Shown: positions 17,192 through 28,867, counted from the whole stretch's first letter. The stretch is DNA of 63,970 nt, filler included, from 9 parts of 9 records of this genome joined end to end with filler, not necessarily neighbours in it, one strand, 5' to 3'. Numbers and translations: made by a program. The notes: a model not told the origin generated them from the sequence alone.

Positions 17192-17994
17192 ATGACTTAT
17201 ACCGAGGGTGAGATCACAGGTTTGCGTCCTGCGTCCGGCAGGGTGGCCGGGAAAGTCGCTGTTATAACAGGTTCAACGTCCGGGATTGGACGGGCGGGTG
17301 CCGTTCTGTTCGCGTGGGAAGGGGCTAAAGTCGTCGTCGTCGGACGGCGGACGGAGCGCGGCAATGCCGTCGTCAAGACGATTCGGGATAACGGCGGCGA
17401 AGCGATCTATGTTTGTGCCGATATGACGCAGGAAGTGGATATGCAAAAAGTGGTCAACACCGCGATGGAGATGTACGGAAGAATAGATATTTTATTCAAT
17501 AATGCCGGCCATATGATGAATAAGCCGACGCTGGAGATTACGCGAGCGGATTGGGATCAATACCTTAATCTCGACGCGTACTCCTATCTGCGTATGATGC
17601 AGCTGACGATTCCCGTTATGGAACAGCAGGGCGGCGGCGTGATCTTAAACTGTACGTCTTTAGCCGCCGTTGACATCAACATCCCGGATAATACGCTGTA
17701 CGGATTTGTAAAGGCCGGTGTAAACCATATGTCCCGCGTGATTGCGGAGGAAGTAGCGGACAAGAACATACGTATCAATACACTGCTCCCCGGGCTTATT
17801 GAGACTGAAATGGTGCGCAGCGGCAGCAATGCCGAGGGATTCGATTATATTTCAACGCTCAATCCAATGGGGCGGCCGGGCACCCTGTAGACGCTGCGTA
17901 TTCTGCGCTGTTTTTATGCTCCGACGAATCGGCATACATAACAGCCACGTCCCTCGTGATAGACGGTGGTGTCCGTGGCAGTGCAGGCGTTTAA
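17192..17994 (+). CDS. SDR-family oxidoreductase (frameshifted at 17883-17885)
   Basis: TGSTSGIG, NNAG, YGFVK. Adding one C restores GTPVDAAYSALFLCSDESAYITATSLVIDGG to stop 17994. Confidence 0.88.
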
Positions 17995-18110
17995 CTGTTG
18001 CAGCATGCCAAAAACCCAACAGGTAACGCCTTTTTGCTTGAAAATTTTTCAATACTGATAAACGTTTTTGATGCCGGATAACGAAAAACCGGCGTCTGAA
18101 AAGGAGGAAA

Positions 18111-18962
18111 ATGATGAAAAATATGCTTAAAGATAAAATAGCGCTTGTAACCGGCGGCGCTTCCGGCATGGGCGAGGCGACTGTAGAGCTGTTTGCCAAA
18201 GAGGGCGCAACGGTTGTGATCGGCGATTACAATGCCCCGAAAGGCGAAGCTCTTTGTAAAAAGCTCACCGAAGAGGGCTATAACGTCCGTTTTTACGGCA
18301 GCATGGATATCACCAAACCCGAGCAGGTAGATGCGGGGATTGACGCGATCATCAAGGAGTTCGGGCGCATCGATATATTTACGCAATATGCCGGGGGTGA
18401 GATCGGCAGCGGCTTTACCACCAGCAACGTGCATATGGAAGTGTGGGACGCCTGCATGGAAAGAAACCTGAAAGGCAATTTCTATTGCTATATCAAGGTT
18501 GCCGAGCAAATGAAAAAGAAGCGCTCCGGCAGCATCATTCTCAGTTCCTCCAACGGCGCGTTCAATCCGCCGCTTGTCACCTATGCCTATCACGCAGCCA
18601 AGGCGGGCATGGAATCGGTCGCCGTCAATGCAGCGTTTGAGCTGTGCCGCTGGGGCATACGCGTCAACTGCATTATTCCCGGGGCCGTTGAGTCGCCGTT
18701 TTGGGACGAGGTATTCCCGGAGGATATGCCGCAGTCAGAAAGAGACAAATTCATGCAGGATCTTGCCAATCAGGAGGTGCCGATGGGACGTATCGGCAAG
18801 CCGGACGATATCGCGGGCGTTGCGCTGTTTTTTGCCTCCGATTTGTCCAAATTCGTGACCGGCCTGCGCATGTATGTCGGCGGCGGCGGCGGATATATCA
18901 ACTGCCCCGAGGCCACCTTCGGCAGCAACTCCAAAGCCAATCCGATTCCGCCCATGGAATGA
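18111..18962 (+). CDS. SDR-family oxidoreductase
   Basis: TGGASGMG, YHAAK, RVNCIIPG, PMGRIGKPDDIA. Confidence 0.9.
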   Translation: MMKNMLKDKIALVTGGASGMGEATVELFAKEGATVVIGDYNAPKGEALCKKLTEEGYNVRFYGSMDITKPEQVDAGIDAIIKEFGRIDIFTQYAGGEIGSGFTTSNVHMEVWDACMERNLKGNFYCYIKVAEQMKKKRSGSIILSSSNGAFNPPLVTYAYHAAKAGMESVAVNAAFELCRWGIRVNCIIPGAVESPFWDEVFPEDMPQSERDKFMQDLANQEVPMGRIGKPDDIAGVALFFASDLSKFVTGLRMYVGGGGGYINCPEATFGSNSKANPIPPME

Positions 18963-18996
18963 TAAACTGCATAGCTGACAGTGTAATGTTAAGAAT

Positions 18997-19034
18997 AAAA
19001 GACGGCTGCAGACTAAGGTCATCAGCCGTCTTTT
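18997..19034. terminator. Bidirectional intrinsic terminator
   Basis: AAAAGACGGCTG ... CAGCCGTCTTTT between convergent genes. Confidence 0.75.
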
Positions 19035-19092
19035 GTAACATAATTAATGAATCTTGCTTTATAGTGGGGCGGCGTGTAAAAGGCGTTGTGTA

Positions 19093-19551
19093 TCAATCAG
19101 GATTTACATAATCCTTTTTAAAACTATTTTCGTATATGTCTAAAAATTTGCTTATAAAGTGCGCCTGAGCCTTTTCGTTGGTTGTCCCTGTTGTAACCTG
19201 CAAGCCGTAGATTTTATATGCTGTATAATTACTTGGAGACAACGGTTTTAGATTGAATTCCTCCTGAATTAGTTCTAATCCCGCGCTATAGTCGGTTTTC
19301 AAACTGGTAAATGCCACATCTGGATTTTTAAATACGGCGTATCCATATTGGTTGGCACCAATCTCAAAATCCGGACTAATATCCGAAAAGGTCTTTGTTT
19401 CGATATCTCCCTTGTTATTTCCACTGCCTGCAAAATATTCCTGAGAATACAGCAGGCTCTGATTGCCGTTGCAGGACACCAAGAAAACTATCCCGCCGAA
19501 TACGAATAATATCAAAACAACATATAGTGCAATCTTATGTTTTGGCAACAT
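19093..19551 (-). CDS. Hypothetical membrane-anchored protein or lipoprotein
   Basis: N-terminal hydrophobic helix ending LVSC; GGAGA RBS. Confidence 0.7.
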   Translation of the reverse strand: MLPKHKIALYVVLILFVFGGIVFLVSCNGNQSLLYSQEYFAGSGNNKGDIETKTFSDISPDFEIGANQYGYAVFKNPDVAFTSLKTDYSAGLELIQEEFNLKPLSPSNYTAYKIYGLQVTTGTTNEKAQAHFISKFLDIYENSFKKDYVNPD

Positions 19552-19609
19552 ATTTTTCTCCCAATTATTTGTACGGTATTTTGTGTTAAGCTTTTTAGAA
19601 AGCTGATCG

Positions 19610-19762
19610 CTAGTTTTGCCGATGGAATTTGCGGTATTCGGAGATGGTCATGCCTTCGTATTCTTTAAACAGGCGATAAAGTGTCTGCGGCGCGGAAATG
19701 CCGACGAGCGCGGCGATTTCCTCGACGGTTTTGTCCGTGCAGCAGAGATGGTTTTTGGCGTA
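19610..19762 (-). CDS. AraC-family regulator, C-terminal HTH fragment (5'-partial)
   Basis: Manual translation: YAKNHLCCTDKTVEEIAALVGISAPQTLYRLFKEYEGMTISEYRKFHRQN*. Confidence 0.75.
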   Translation of the reverse strand, partial: YAKNHLCCTDKTVEEIAALVGISAPQTLYRLFKEYEGMTISEYRKFHRQN

Positions 19763-19862
19763 NNNNNNNNNNNNNNNNNNNNNNNNNNNNNNNNNNNNNN
19801 NNNNNNTTAATTAATTAANNNNNNNNNNNNNNNNNNNNNNNNNNNNNNNNNNNNNNNNNNNN
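19763..19862. other. Artificial contig spacer
   Basis: N44-TTAATTAATTAA-N44. Confidence 0.98.
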
Positions 19863-20957
19863 TTTTGTCGCTCAAAAATGTTGTCGGTATCGTAAAAAAT
19901 TTCTCGATGCCGTTCTTGAATGGTGCCTGATTTTCCCGCTTTTTTCTCAACACCTCTCGATTTTTCCAATAGTCATTGATAATATCGGTTGTCCGTTTGA
20001 TATGATCGGTCACGTTGGAGGGCTGTACCAGGTTTTCAGGACGATAGTCCGGCTCTACGACATGGCTGTAATCCATTCCGGCCATGGCCAGAATGATTCC
20101 AAGGTTGACGTAGGGAAGGGCGCCTTCAATGGAATAGCCGCCCTCAAGCACAGCAATGTCCGCTTTCAGCATGCGGGTCAGATCCGCATACCCTTGGGCG
20201 GAGAAATTCATGTTGGTGAGCGGGTCGGTATAATGGTTGTCCTGGCCTGCGGAGTTAACGATAATGTCCGGTTTGAAGTCTTTGATGGCGGGGAGCACGC
20301 AGTTTTCAATGACGTAAAGATACCCTTCGGTTCCCGTTCCCGGTGGCAGGGGAATGTTCAGGTTGGAGCCTTTGGCTGTGGGGCCGCCGAGTTCTCCGGT
20401 GAATCCGGATCCGGGATAAAGCGTTCTGCCGTCCTGATGGATGGAGATGAAAAGCGTATCAGGGTCGTGCCAATAGATATCGTTGGTGCCGTCCCCGTGG
20501 TGGCAATCGGTATCTACGATGGCCACTTTCCCGACACCGAATTTTTGACGAATCATCTCCACCATGATCGCTTCGATGTTGATGTAGCAAAATCCTCTCC
20601 CCCATGAACCACGCGCATGGCATGGTGGCCGGGAGGACGTACCAATGCAAATCCATTGTTGATTTCTCCGGTCATAACAGCCCGTGCAATGGCAGCGGCA
20701 CCTCCCGCACTGATTAAGTGGGATTCGGTGGTGACGGAGGCTTCATCCGGTACACAAAAATGGGTCCGGCGGATGTCATGTTCGGTGATCAGGTCGGGTT
20801 TGTACTCTTCAATTCCTTTGACATCAAAGATTCCCTCCTCCAACACTTGATCCTGGGTATAGAGCAATCTCTCTTCCCGCTCGGGATGGGTGGGATCGAT
20901 GGCCCAATCAAAGGCAGGAAAAAAAACAAGACCGGTTTTATTGGCGGCTTTCAGCAT
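19863..20957 (-). CDS. Histone deacetylase-family amidohydrolase (frameshifted, 3'-partial)
   Basis: HPERE, RPPGHHA, DTDCHHGDGT, SAGQD, LEGGY. One extra base in C5 at 20599-20603 restores HGGRGFCYIN; a second shift is likely near 19931. Confidence 0.88.
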
Positions 20958-20970
20958 CATCACCTCAATG

Positions 20971-22647
20971 TCATGTGGTTAAGTTCATTTGAAACTCTTT
21001 GATAAGACCCGGTTTCACCTGCATTTTGACGCGGTAAATTTTACCTTGAAGCGAAAAGCGTCTCACCACGTTAAATTCGTGAAGTTCGGTGACCTCCGCT
21101 TCAATGTTTTCCTTGCCCGCACCGGAGGTAATCGCTTTTTGTTCCAGCAGGGCTTTGGCAGTCTCCAAGGCATCCTGTTTTTCGTATCGATGGGTAATCT
21201 CTTCCAGGTAGTCCTCTTCCGGAGCGGATACAATTCCCTGTTCGGTATCGGCAAACAGGGAGATTTCACAAGTGGTTCGAGCCAGGGCCGCACCAATGGC
21301 GTTGGCAACGGAACTCATGGGAACCGCTTCTGTCTCAATGCCGGAAATTTCTTGGATTTTATCGGCCATATAGGGTGCCGGACCTCCGAGAAGAAGGATT
21401 TTTTTCGGTTCAATGCGATATCCTTCCAGGAATTCGTGAACCGTGTAGACCGGTTTACTGTTAATCTGATCCACCATGGTTTGGGTCAGCTCAACGATCA
21501 TTGAGCAGACTTGATTGAAGATATTTTCTGCCGCCTCATCGGGAGCACATCCGAGCGCCGATGCAATATCGGTAATGCCTTTTTCAGATAAAGAGCGATC
21601 TCCGTATTTTTTCATAATTCCAAGACAAATCATGGCATCCGTCGGTGTGGGGACCGGGCCGCCAAAGGCCATGGCCGGGCCTTTTCTATTGGGACCGATT
21701 TTTATGGTGCCGTCCTTCACCGTCACTTCACTGTCTCCCCCGATGCCGCGGGAGGTGGTCTGGAGGGCGCGAATAAGACTTCTATAGCTGCCCCTGCCGA
21801 TTCCCACCGGTTCCAGCAGCGGGGCTTTATTGACCAGCACGGCAAGATCCGTGGTGGTTCCCCCGATATCCAGAACCAGCAAGTCTTTGTCCGACGGTGC
21901 GTAGGGAATGGCGCCCATGATACTGGCTGCCGGACCGGAAAGGATGGTCTGACCGGGAAATTCCATGGAGGTGGGAAGGTTCATGGTGCCGCCGTCCGCT
22001 TTTAGAATCTGGATGGGGGCGGTCAATCCTTTTTGCTTTAACGTGTCTGTCACGGCATTGAAAAAGCTTTTGTGCAAGCTGTATACTGCGGTGTTGAGAA
22101 AAACCGTGGCGATTCTTCTAGGAAAGTTCAGATTGCCGGAAACTCTATGCCCTAAAAAGATCGTATCGAATTTATCTTTTAACAGCGTTTCAATGGCGGT
22201 TTCGTGAGTTGGATTTCTGGGGGAAAATTTACCGATAACACCGATGTATCGAATGCCGTCTGCCAGCATAGTCTCGGCAATGGTGTCGATCTCCTCCGGA
22301 ACAATGGGCCGAATCTCTCTTCCCCGATGATCGATGGAGCCGGAGACCGCATAGTAGTGTTGCCCGGTTTTGAAGTGTGCCGGATCGATGCCCGGGCCGG
22401 ATGACACAATCAGTCCCACCGGATCTAAATTTTTTTGCACGACGCTGTTGGTGGTCAAGGTGGTGCTGATAACAATCCGTTTGATCTCTTCAGGATCAAT
22501 ATCGACAAGAAGCTCCGTAAATCCGGTCAATACCGTATTGAAAAGATTGGTTGTGTCTGTGGGGACTTTAACGTTTCTTTCAAGTCCTTTTTCACTTAAC
22601 AGAACTGCATCCGCATGGGTTCCGCCAACATCGAGTCCAATTATCAT
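20971..22647 (-). CDS. Hydantoinase/oxoprolinase (HyuA-like, ASKHA ATPase) family protein
   Basis: IGLDVGGTHADA, ILSGPAAS, DIGGTTTD, GPVPTPTDA, VANAIGAA. Confidence 0.88.
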   Translation of the reverse strand: MIIGLDVGGTHADAVLLSEKGLERNVKVPTDTTNLFNTVLTGFTELLVDIDPEEIKRIVISTTLTTNSVVQKNLDPVGLIVSSGPGIDPAHFKTGQHYYAVSGSIDHRGREIRPIVPEEIDTIAETMLADGIRYIGVIGKFSPRNPTHETAIETLLKDKFDTIFLGHRVSGNLNFPRRIATVFLNTAVYSLHKSFFNAVTDTLKQKGLTAPIQILKADGGTMNLPTSMEFPGQTILSGPAASIMGAIPYAPSDKDLLVLDIGGTTTDLAVLVNKAPLLEPVGIGRGSYRSLIRALQTTSRGIGGDSEVTVKDGTIKIGPNRKGPAMAFGGPVPTPTDAMICLGIMKKYGDRSLSEKGITDIASALGCAPDEAAENIFNQVCSMIVELTQTMVDQINSKPVYTVHEFLEGYRIEPKKILLLGGPAPYMADKIQEISGIETEAVPMSSVANAIGAALARTTCEISLFADTEQGIVSAPEEDYLEEITHRYEKQDALETAKALLEQKAITSGAGKENIEAEVTELHEFNVVRRFSLQGKIYRVKMQVKPGLIKEFQMNLTT

Positions 22648-23029
22648 GGCGTTTTCCTGTAAAGTTCAGTGTTGCTGTTGAAAGAAATAAGATCTCAAAG
22701 GGATTAGGCTCTATCAATCCCCTGAAAGACGGCAGTCAGATCGCCTTGGAATTTGCGAAAAGTCTGTTTGAGATAATCAGAAATTAGATGGGTTGTCAAA
22801 CATAATTTGGAAGGGTTTTGGGCTATTTTTCATTGATATGTAAAGTGAGTCCTTCTTAATTAAAAAATGTATAAATTTAGAGTGAATCATGCTTGATAAA
22901 AATAATTTATTATAGTAATGGTGTTTCCTATATTAGGAACAAATATTTATTTATGGTTTGATATTTTTTTTAAAGAATTGTGTTTATTAAGCAAAACTTA
23001 AAATCGATTATCATAAGAGAGGTCCGGAT

Positions 23030-23748
23030 TTGTCAGTGATAGAATGGGAAAAAAATAAAACAGTCGCAGTGGTGACCATGTGCAATCGAGCCAATCTCCA
23101 GAATTTGGAATTTGCAAATCGGATGAATCAGGTGTTTGATGAAATTGAAGCGGATTCGGATATCCATGCCGCGGTGCTCACGTCATCGGATGAAAAGAAT
23201 TTCTCCCAGGGGGTTGATGTTGAATGGGTCGGGGCGAAGCTTGCAACACAGGAAATCGATGATGTCAAAGCGTTCATGTATGGAATGAACCGGGTGTTCA
23301 AACGGCTGTTATTAATGCCTTTTCCCAGTATTGCCGCCATTAACGGGCATGCATTTGGAAATGGGGCCATGTTGGCCTGTGCATGCGATTTCAGGTTCAT
23401 GAAAAAAGATAGAGGCTTTTTTGTTTTCCGGAAGTGGATATCAGTATTCCATTTTTGCCGGGAATGATTGCCTTTGTTCGAAAAGCCATCCCCGAATATA
23501 AGTTTAATGAGATGAAGTTGACCGGCAAACGAGCCGGGGCGGAAGAGTTGGCCGACCATCATATTATTGAAAAAGCGAGTGATAATGTGGACGCATTGCA
23601 AGCGGATGCCATGGCATTTGCGCGAACTTTCGTGAAAAAAAGGGGCATATTTGGAGAGCATAAGCAAAGAATGTATAAATCCGTAATCAAGGTGATGGAA
23701 GAAGAGGATCCTGAATTTATTGATTCATTGAAACTGTTTGTTGAGTGA
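23030..23748 (+). CDS. Enoyl-CoA hydratase/isomerase family protein (frameshifted at T6 23417-23422)
   Basis: FSQGVD, IAAINGHAFGNGAMLACACDFR. Adding one T restores GFFCFPEVDI. Confidence 0.88.
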
Positions 23749-23807
23749 AAACAATACCGACAATGGCCATGGTCAAATGTCGAGAGGGTGATGTAATTAG
23801 GGGGAAT

Positions 23808-25988
23808 GTGTTGACAAAAAGAGTACCGGATTACTATTCCGATGTTGAATTATGTGTAGATGCACTCATAGATAAGGTGGGAAGAAAAGTTGTATTGGCA
23901 GCGCCGTTGGCATTGGCAAAACCGTCTCATTTGATAAATTCACTTTATCAAAGGGCAAAACAGGATCCAACGTTTCAGTTCACTTTGATTACAGCGGTAT
24001 CTCTTGAAAAGCCCACGTGGTCCAGTGACTTGGAACAGCGATTTCTACAGCCGCTTGTTGACCGGATTTGGGAAGATTTTCCAGATTTTGATTATGCCTT
24101 AGACATGAGAAAGAGGCAAACGCCTCCCAATTTCACATTGATCGAATTTTTCAACAAAGCAGCCGGCTGGATGGGAAACTCCCATGCCGCCCAAAATTAT
24201 TTGGGATCCAATTATACCCATGCCGTCAGAGATGCCTTTATTAACGAGTGTAATGTCGTTGCCCAGTTGGTCGCTTCAAAGGAAATTGACGGCAAGGTGT
24301 TGTTCAGCATGGGGTCCAATCCCGATACTCATTTTGATGGCGGAAATGCCTTTAAAAGGCTGAGAGCTCAAGGACGTGAGGATCTCGCCATTGTGGCTCA
24401 GGTCCATCCGGAGATGCCGTTTATGTACGGCAAAGCCGTGGTCGATCCGGATTTCTATGACATGGTCATCGAAGGACCGGAGTATGATTTCAAACTCTTC
24501 GGTGCCCCCAAAGAGCCGGTAAATACGGTGGATTGGATGATCGGCATGCACGCAAGTACGCTGGTCAGAGACGGGGGAACCATCCAGGTGGGCATCGGCT
24601 CCCTTGGCGATGCCGTGGTCGCCGGTATCGAGATGCGCCATAAATATAATGATACCTATCGTCGTTTCATGGAGGATTCAGGAATTTATGCCAAATTCAA
24701 ATCCCCCATTGAATCGGAAGGGGGGCTTGGTCCCTTTGATGAGGGACTGTTGGGGTCCTCCGAAATGCTGGTGGACGGTCTCATTGAGCTGTTCAAAGGG
24801 CATATCCTCAAACGGAAAGTGTATGAAGATATCCGACTTCAAAAGGTGATCAACGAAAACGGATTTACTGAAGTTCAGACCGGTGAGATCTTCAAGGCCC
24901 TGGTTAAGGGCCGGTTTGTCCATACCCGAATCAAGAAAAGTGAATTCGACTTTTTCAGAAAGTTTGGAATATTCAAAGAATCCCTGCGGTATGAGAACGG
25001 GGCTGCGATGGCGGGCGATACTCCCTATCCCCTTGATATGTCTTTTGACGAAAATCTCGAAGCCGTCCTTTCCAACTGTATTGGAGACGCGCTTAAGAAC
25101 GGGGTAGTGCTTTATGCCAGCTTCTTTATCGGCCCTCAGTCATTTTATAAGGATCTTAGGGAGATGGATGAAGAACGACTGAAGTTGATCGACATGCGAG
25201 GGGTGGATTATGTCAATCATCTATATGGGGATGAAACGTTGAAACGCCTCCAAAGAAAGAGCGGGCGTTTTATCAATGCCGGATTGATGGTTACCCTCTC
25301 CGGCGCCGTGGTGGCCGATGGACTGGAGGACAACCGGATCATCAGCGGTCCCGGGGGACAATATAACTTTGTCTCCATGGCCCATGAGCTGGAAGACGGT
25401 CGGGCCGTGACAATGGTTCGGAGCACCAGGGGCGAAGGAGAAAAGGCGGTATCCAACATTGTCTGGCAATACGGTCATACAACGATTCCAAGACACTTGA
25501 GAGATATCATCGTGACGGAATACGGTATTGCCGATTTGAGGGGACAGCCGGATAGAGAGGTGATGAAGCGACTGATCTGCATTGCCGATTCCAGATTTCA
25601 GAACGATCTTCTTACCAAGGCCAAGGAGAACGGTAAAATACCTTCGGATTGGCAGATTCCCGAGTATTTCAAACACAACTATCCGGAAAATCTGGATCAA
25701 AAACTTGATGCGTACCGGATGCAGGGCTTTTTTCAGCCGTTCCCCTTTGGCACGGATCTCACCGATGAGGAGATCGTGCTTGGAAAAGCACTCAAACAGT
25801 TGAAATCAATCGTATCGGAAAGCAAATTTGCCATTATGCCGGGATTGATTGGAAAATCATTTTCTTCCGTTCCTGAATCGGCAATGCCATATCTTGAACG
25901 AATGGATCTTGCGAAGCCGGCAACGGTTCAGGAACGACTGATGCAGAAAATGGTTATTTTTGCTTTGAGTAAGTCGGGGCAGATATAA
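23808..25988 (+). CDS. Acetyl-CoA hydrolase/transferase family protein (long form)
   Basis: DGGTIQVGIGSLGDA, SGPGGQYNFV, HTTIPRHLRDIIVTEYGIADLRG. Start uncertain (ORF track 23745). Confidence 0.85.
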   Translation: MLTKRVPDYYSDVELCVDALIDKVGRKVVLAAPLALAKPSHLINSLYQRAKQDPTFQFTLITAVSLEKPTWSSDLEQRFLQPLVDRIWEDFPDFDYALDMRKRQTPPNFTLIEFFNKAAGWMGNSHAAQNYLGSNYTHAVRDAFINECNVVAQLVASKEIDGKVLFSMGSNPDTHFDGGNAFKRLRAQGREDLAIVAQVHPEMPFMYGKAVVDPDFYDMVIEGPEYDFKLFGAPKEPVNTVDWMIGMHASTLVRDGGTIQVGIGSLGDAVVAGIEMRHKYNDTYRRFMEDSGIYAKFKSPIESEGGLGPFDEGLLGSSEMLVDGLIELFKGHILKRKVYEDIRLQKVINENGFTEVQTGEIFKALVKGRFVHTRIKKSEFDFFRKFGIFKESLRYENGAAMAGDTPYPLDMSFDENLEAVLSNCIGDALKNGVVLYASFFIGPQSFYKDLREMDEERLKLIDMRGVDYVNHLYGDETLKRLQRKSGRFINAGLMVTLSGAVVADGLEDNRIISGPGGQYNFVSMAHELEDGRAVTMVRSTRGEGEKAVSNIVWQYGHTTIPRHLRDIIVTEYGIADLRGQPDREVMKRLICIADSRFQNDLLTKAKENGKIPSDWQIPEYFKHNYPENLDQKLDAYRMQGFFQPFPFGTDLTDEEIVLGKALKQLKSIVSESKFAIMPGLIGKSFSSVPESAMPYLERMDLAKPATVQERLMQKMVIFALSKSGQI

Positions 25989-26150
25989 TAAAAATATGAG
26001 CCCCCTTCTTTGATGAGCCGAGGGCAATTGTTGGGCCAAACCTCACCCCGCCCCTCTCCATGAATGGAAGAGGGGGGATACTGCAAAAGGACACACTCAA
26101 AAAAAACAAAACGCCCCGTTTTCAATCCGGAATGAATGATAACACTCTCG

Positions 26151-26250
26151 NNNNNNNNNNNNNNNNNNNNNNNNNNNNNNNNNNNNNNNNNNNNTTAATT
26201 AATTAANNNNNNNNNNNNNNNNNNNNNNNNNNNNNNNNNNNNNNNNNNNN
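26151..26250. other. Artificial contig spacer
   Basis: N44-TTAATTAATTAA-N44. Confidence 0.98.
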
Positions 26251-26973
26251 CCAGTATTTTTTTGCAGAGTTAGCATCACGTTGAATGTTACCAATCAACT
26301 CGGCATAAACTTTTACTGCTGTATCAAAACCAAAAGAAGCTTCAATCATTTCATTCTTAAGGTCACCATCAATTGTCTTAGGACAACCAACTACCTGAAC
26401 ACCTGCTTTTTTTGCTGCATAATATTCAGCTAAAACACATGCATTGGTATTGCTATCATCACCACCAATAATTACCAATGCTTTAATATTTAATTCTTTT
26501 AATATCTCTAAGCCTTTATCATACTGAGCTTCTTCTTCTAGCTTTGTTCGACCTGAACCAATAATATCGAATCCTCCAGTATTACGAAATCCATCTAAAT
26601 ACTCAGCAGTTATTTCACGATAATCATGATCAACCAATCCTCCAGGACCTCCTAAGAAACCATAAAGTTTGCTATCAGCATTAATCTTCTTTATACCATC
26701 AAAAATTCCTGAAATTACATTGTGACCTCCTGGAGCTTGTCCGCCGGAAAGAATTACACCAACATTTACTGCCGGATAACTAACTGCTTCATCAGTTTCT
26801 TCAAAAGTAAGAATTGGCATCCCGTACGTATTTGGGAATAACTCTTTAATATCAGCTTGATCTGCAACTGATTCTGTTGCATTTCCATCAACCAGTTTTA
26901 CTGAACCTTTTAAAGATTTAGGTAGTTTAGGCTGATATTCCGCCCTTGCCTTTTGTAACGCACTAATAATCAT
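26251..26973 (-). CDS. pfp: Pyrophosphate-dependent phosphofructokinase (3'-partial)
   Basis: [30 protein letters not shown]. Bacteroidota-like N-terminus [15 protein letters not shown]. Confidence 0.92.
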
Positions 26974-27138
26974 GTTTCTATTATTTTAGGAAAGTTTGAT
27001 TTATAAAAAAATTCTGCTGCAAAAATAAGCGAAAATGCTTGCATTAGATATGTTGCTAATACAAGTAGCAATGATTTAAAGTTAATTTAAGAAGACCTCT
27101 TTTACACTGGCTACTTATTCATATTCTTGATAAGTCTA

Positions 27139-27615
27139 TTAATCAATCATCTCTTCAATTTCATTCATATGCAATTCAAAATGCAGGAGGTAGTCCAGAA
27201 TCATCTCCTTTAATGAAACAAACTCATCTTCAGAAGTATCCCACAAATTATCTAACTTAGATGAATCAACATTTTTGATGACATGTAGAATATGTAGGTT
27301 GGTGTATTTCCATAAACTGATTAATTCTCCCCAATTTTCATCCTGATAATTCTGAATAGCAATCCAGCGATCATTATTCCCTTGAATGGCATAATTAGGA
27401 AACTGCAATGGACTTCCCAAATTTTGTAAATGTACTATACGATGAATATTATTTGAAGCTGAATCTACCATGTGCCCCAGAACTTGCTTAATAGTACGTT
27501 CTTGTTCATTTTTTCTTTCAGAAATCGTTTTTGCAGACAGGCTCAATAAAATAGGCTCCCATTTACAAATCAGTTCAGCAACTCCATTAACTACAGGAAT
27601 AAATTCTTTGATCAT
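27139..27615 (-). CDS. DinB-family protein
   Basis: TIKQVLGHMVDSASNN and DYLLHFELH His motifs. Confidence 0.8.
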   Translation of the reverse strand: MIKEFIPVVNGVAELICKWEPILLSLSAKTISERKNEQERTIKQVLGHMVDSASNNIHRIVHLQNLGSPLQFPNYAIQGNNDRWIAIQNYQDENWGELISLWKYTNLHILHVIKNVDSSKLDNLWDTSEDEFVSLKEMILDYLLHFELHMNEIEEMID

Positions 27616-27626
27616 TTTAAGTTTGT

Positions 27627-28830
27627 TTATTCTTTTTGAAAAAGCTGCACACTAACTCGTCGAGCTAGTTGCATCGCAATTTTAGATTTTTGGTTTGAGT
27701 TGGTAACTTCCCCCTGCCTTCCGATGTAATTTTATCTTCATTAATCCCAAGTATTGTCAAGTTCCTTTTCAACTCATCTGCCCTTTGCTGGGAAAGCATC
27801 AGGTTATATTTCTTTTCCCCACTATCATCAGCATATCCTACCAGTTCAATAGTCAACTCAGGATGATTCTCTAAATAGTTTACCAAAAAATGGATTGCTC
27901 CCAATGATGATTTATTGATTTGAGTACTATTAAAATCAAAATAAATATTTAAATACCCGCCATTAACAAGTTCTTTTAAAAATTGATCATCACTCTCTTT
28001 TGCTTCTTCAGTATTTATTGTTTTTGTTAATTCCTGAATTTGTTGTTCAAGTAAATTAACTGTTTGTTTAAGCTCTTTTAATTCTGAATTGTTTGATTCA
28101 ATATCTTCCCCCGAATTTTTAATCTCATTTTTAAGTTCATCAACATTAGAATTAATGGTTTTATAAACGACATCTTCTCTTAAATACCAATCTGCATGTT
28201 TATCTTTTTGTCCAAGGTAAACCGAAACACCAACTGAACCATTAAACACAGCACCAAAATTCAATTTATTAGGTTCGCCTCCAGCAAATGAATGATTTTG
28301 AAAAAGTTACCTATTCCTGTTAAATCAAGATTTAAAGCAACACGCGACGATAACTTCACCTGAGTTGTTACGCCTCCGATCACATTCATAACATCATCTA
28401 TATTTTTTCCAAGACCAGGTACATGATTTCTTATACTTCCTACCCCGAGACCACCGTGCACAAGTAAATTTAAAGATTTTGACCAAGTTTGGAATTTCAA
28501 AATCCTTCCTGCATTTACAACCCCTTGAAAACTTACTCTTTGATAATCTGACTTAAAATCCAAACTTTCATAAGCATTAATCAGTTTATAATTCCCAACA
28601 TCCAGTTTTAGCCCAAAATATTCGTTAAACATATACCTAGCACCTATTTCTCCAGTGCCAATTCCAAGTTCAATATCTCTGAATCCAGAAGCAAACCCTC
28701 CGTAGGTTTTTGTAAGTCCGAGCCCCGCATCAACAGACCATTTATTAAAATCACCGGGTAATGTATAAAAGTTTTGAGCAAAACATGGAGTAAGTAAAAA
28801 CACAAATGCAACAAGTAAAATTAATCTCAT
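27627..28830 (-). CDS. OmpA-family outer-membrane protein (two frameshifts)
   Basis: Signal peptide and beta-barrel, then NIYFDFNS..GYAD..YNLMLSQQRA. One extra base in A5 (28301-28305) and in C5 (27710-27714) joins the parts and restores the terminal LARRV motif, with stop at 27627. Confidence 0.8.
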
Positions 28831-28867
28831 TATATATAATTTGGATACGAAGTAGTGGCTAAAATTT

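Noticed and set aside
26041-26077. CCTCACCCCGCCCCTCTCC...GGAAGAGGGG REP-like hairpin near the end of contig C
   Set aside because: Single imperfect copy; repeat status cannot be shown within this window.
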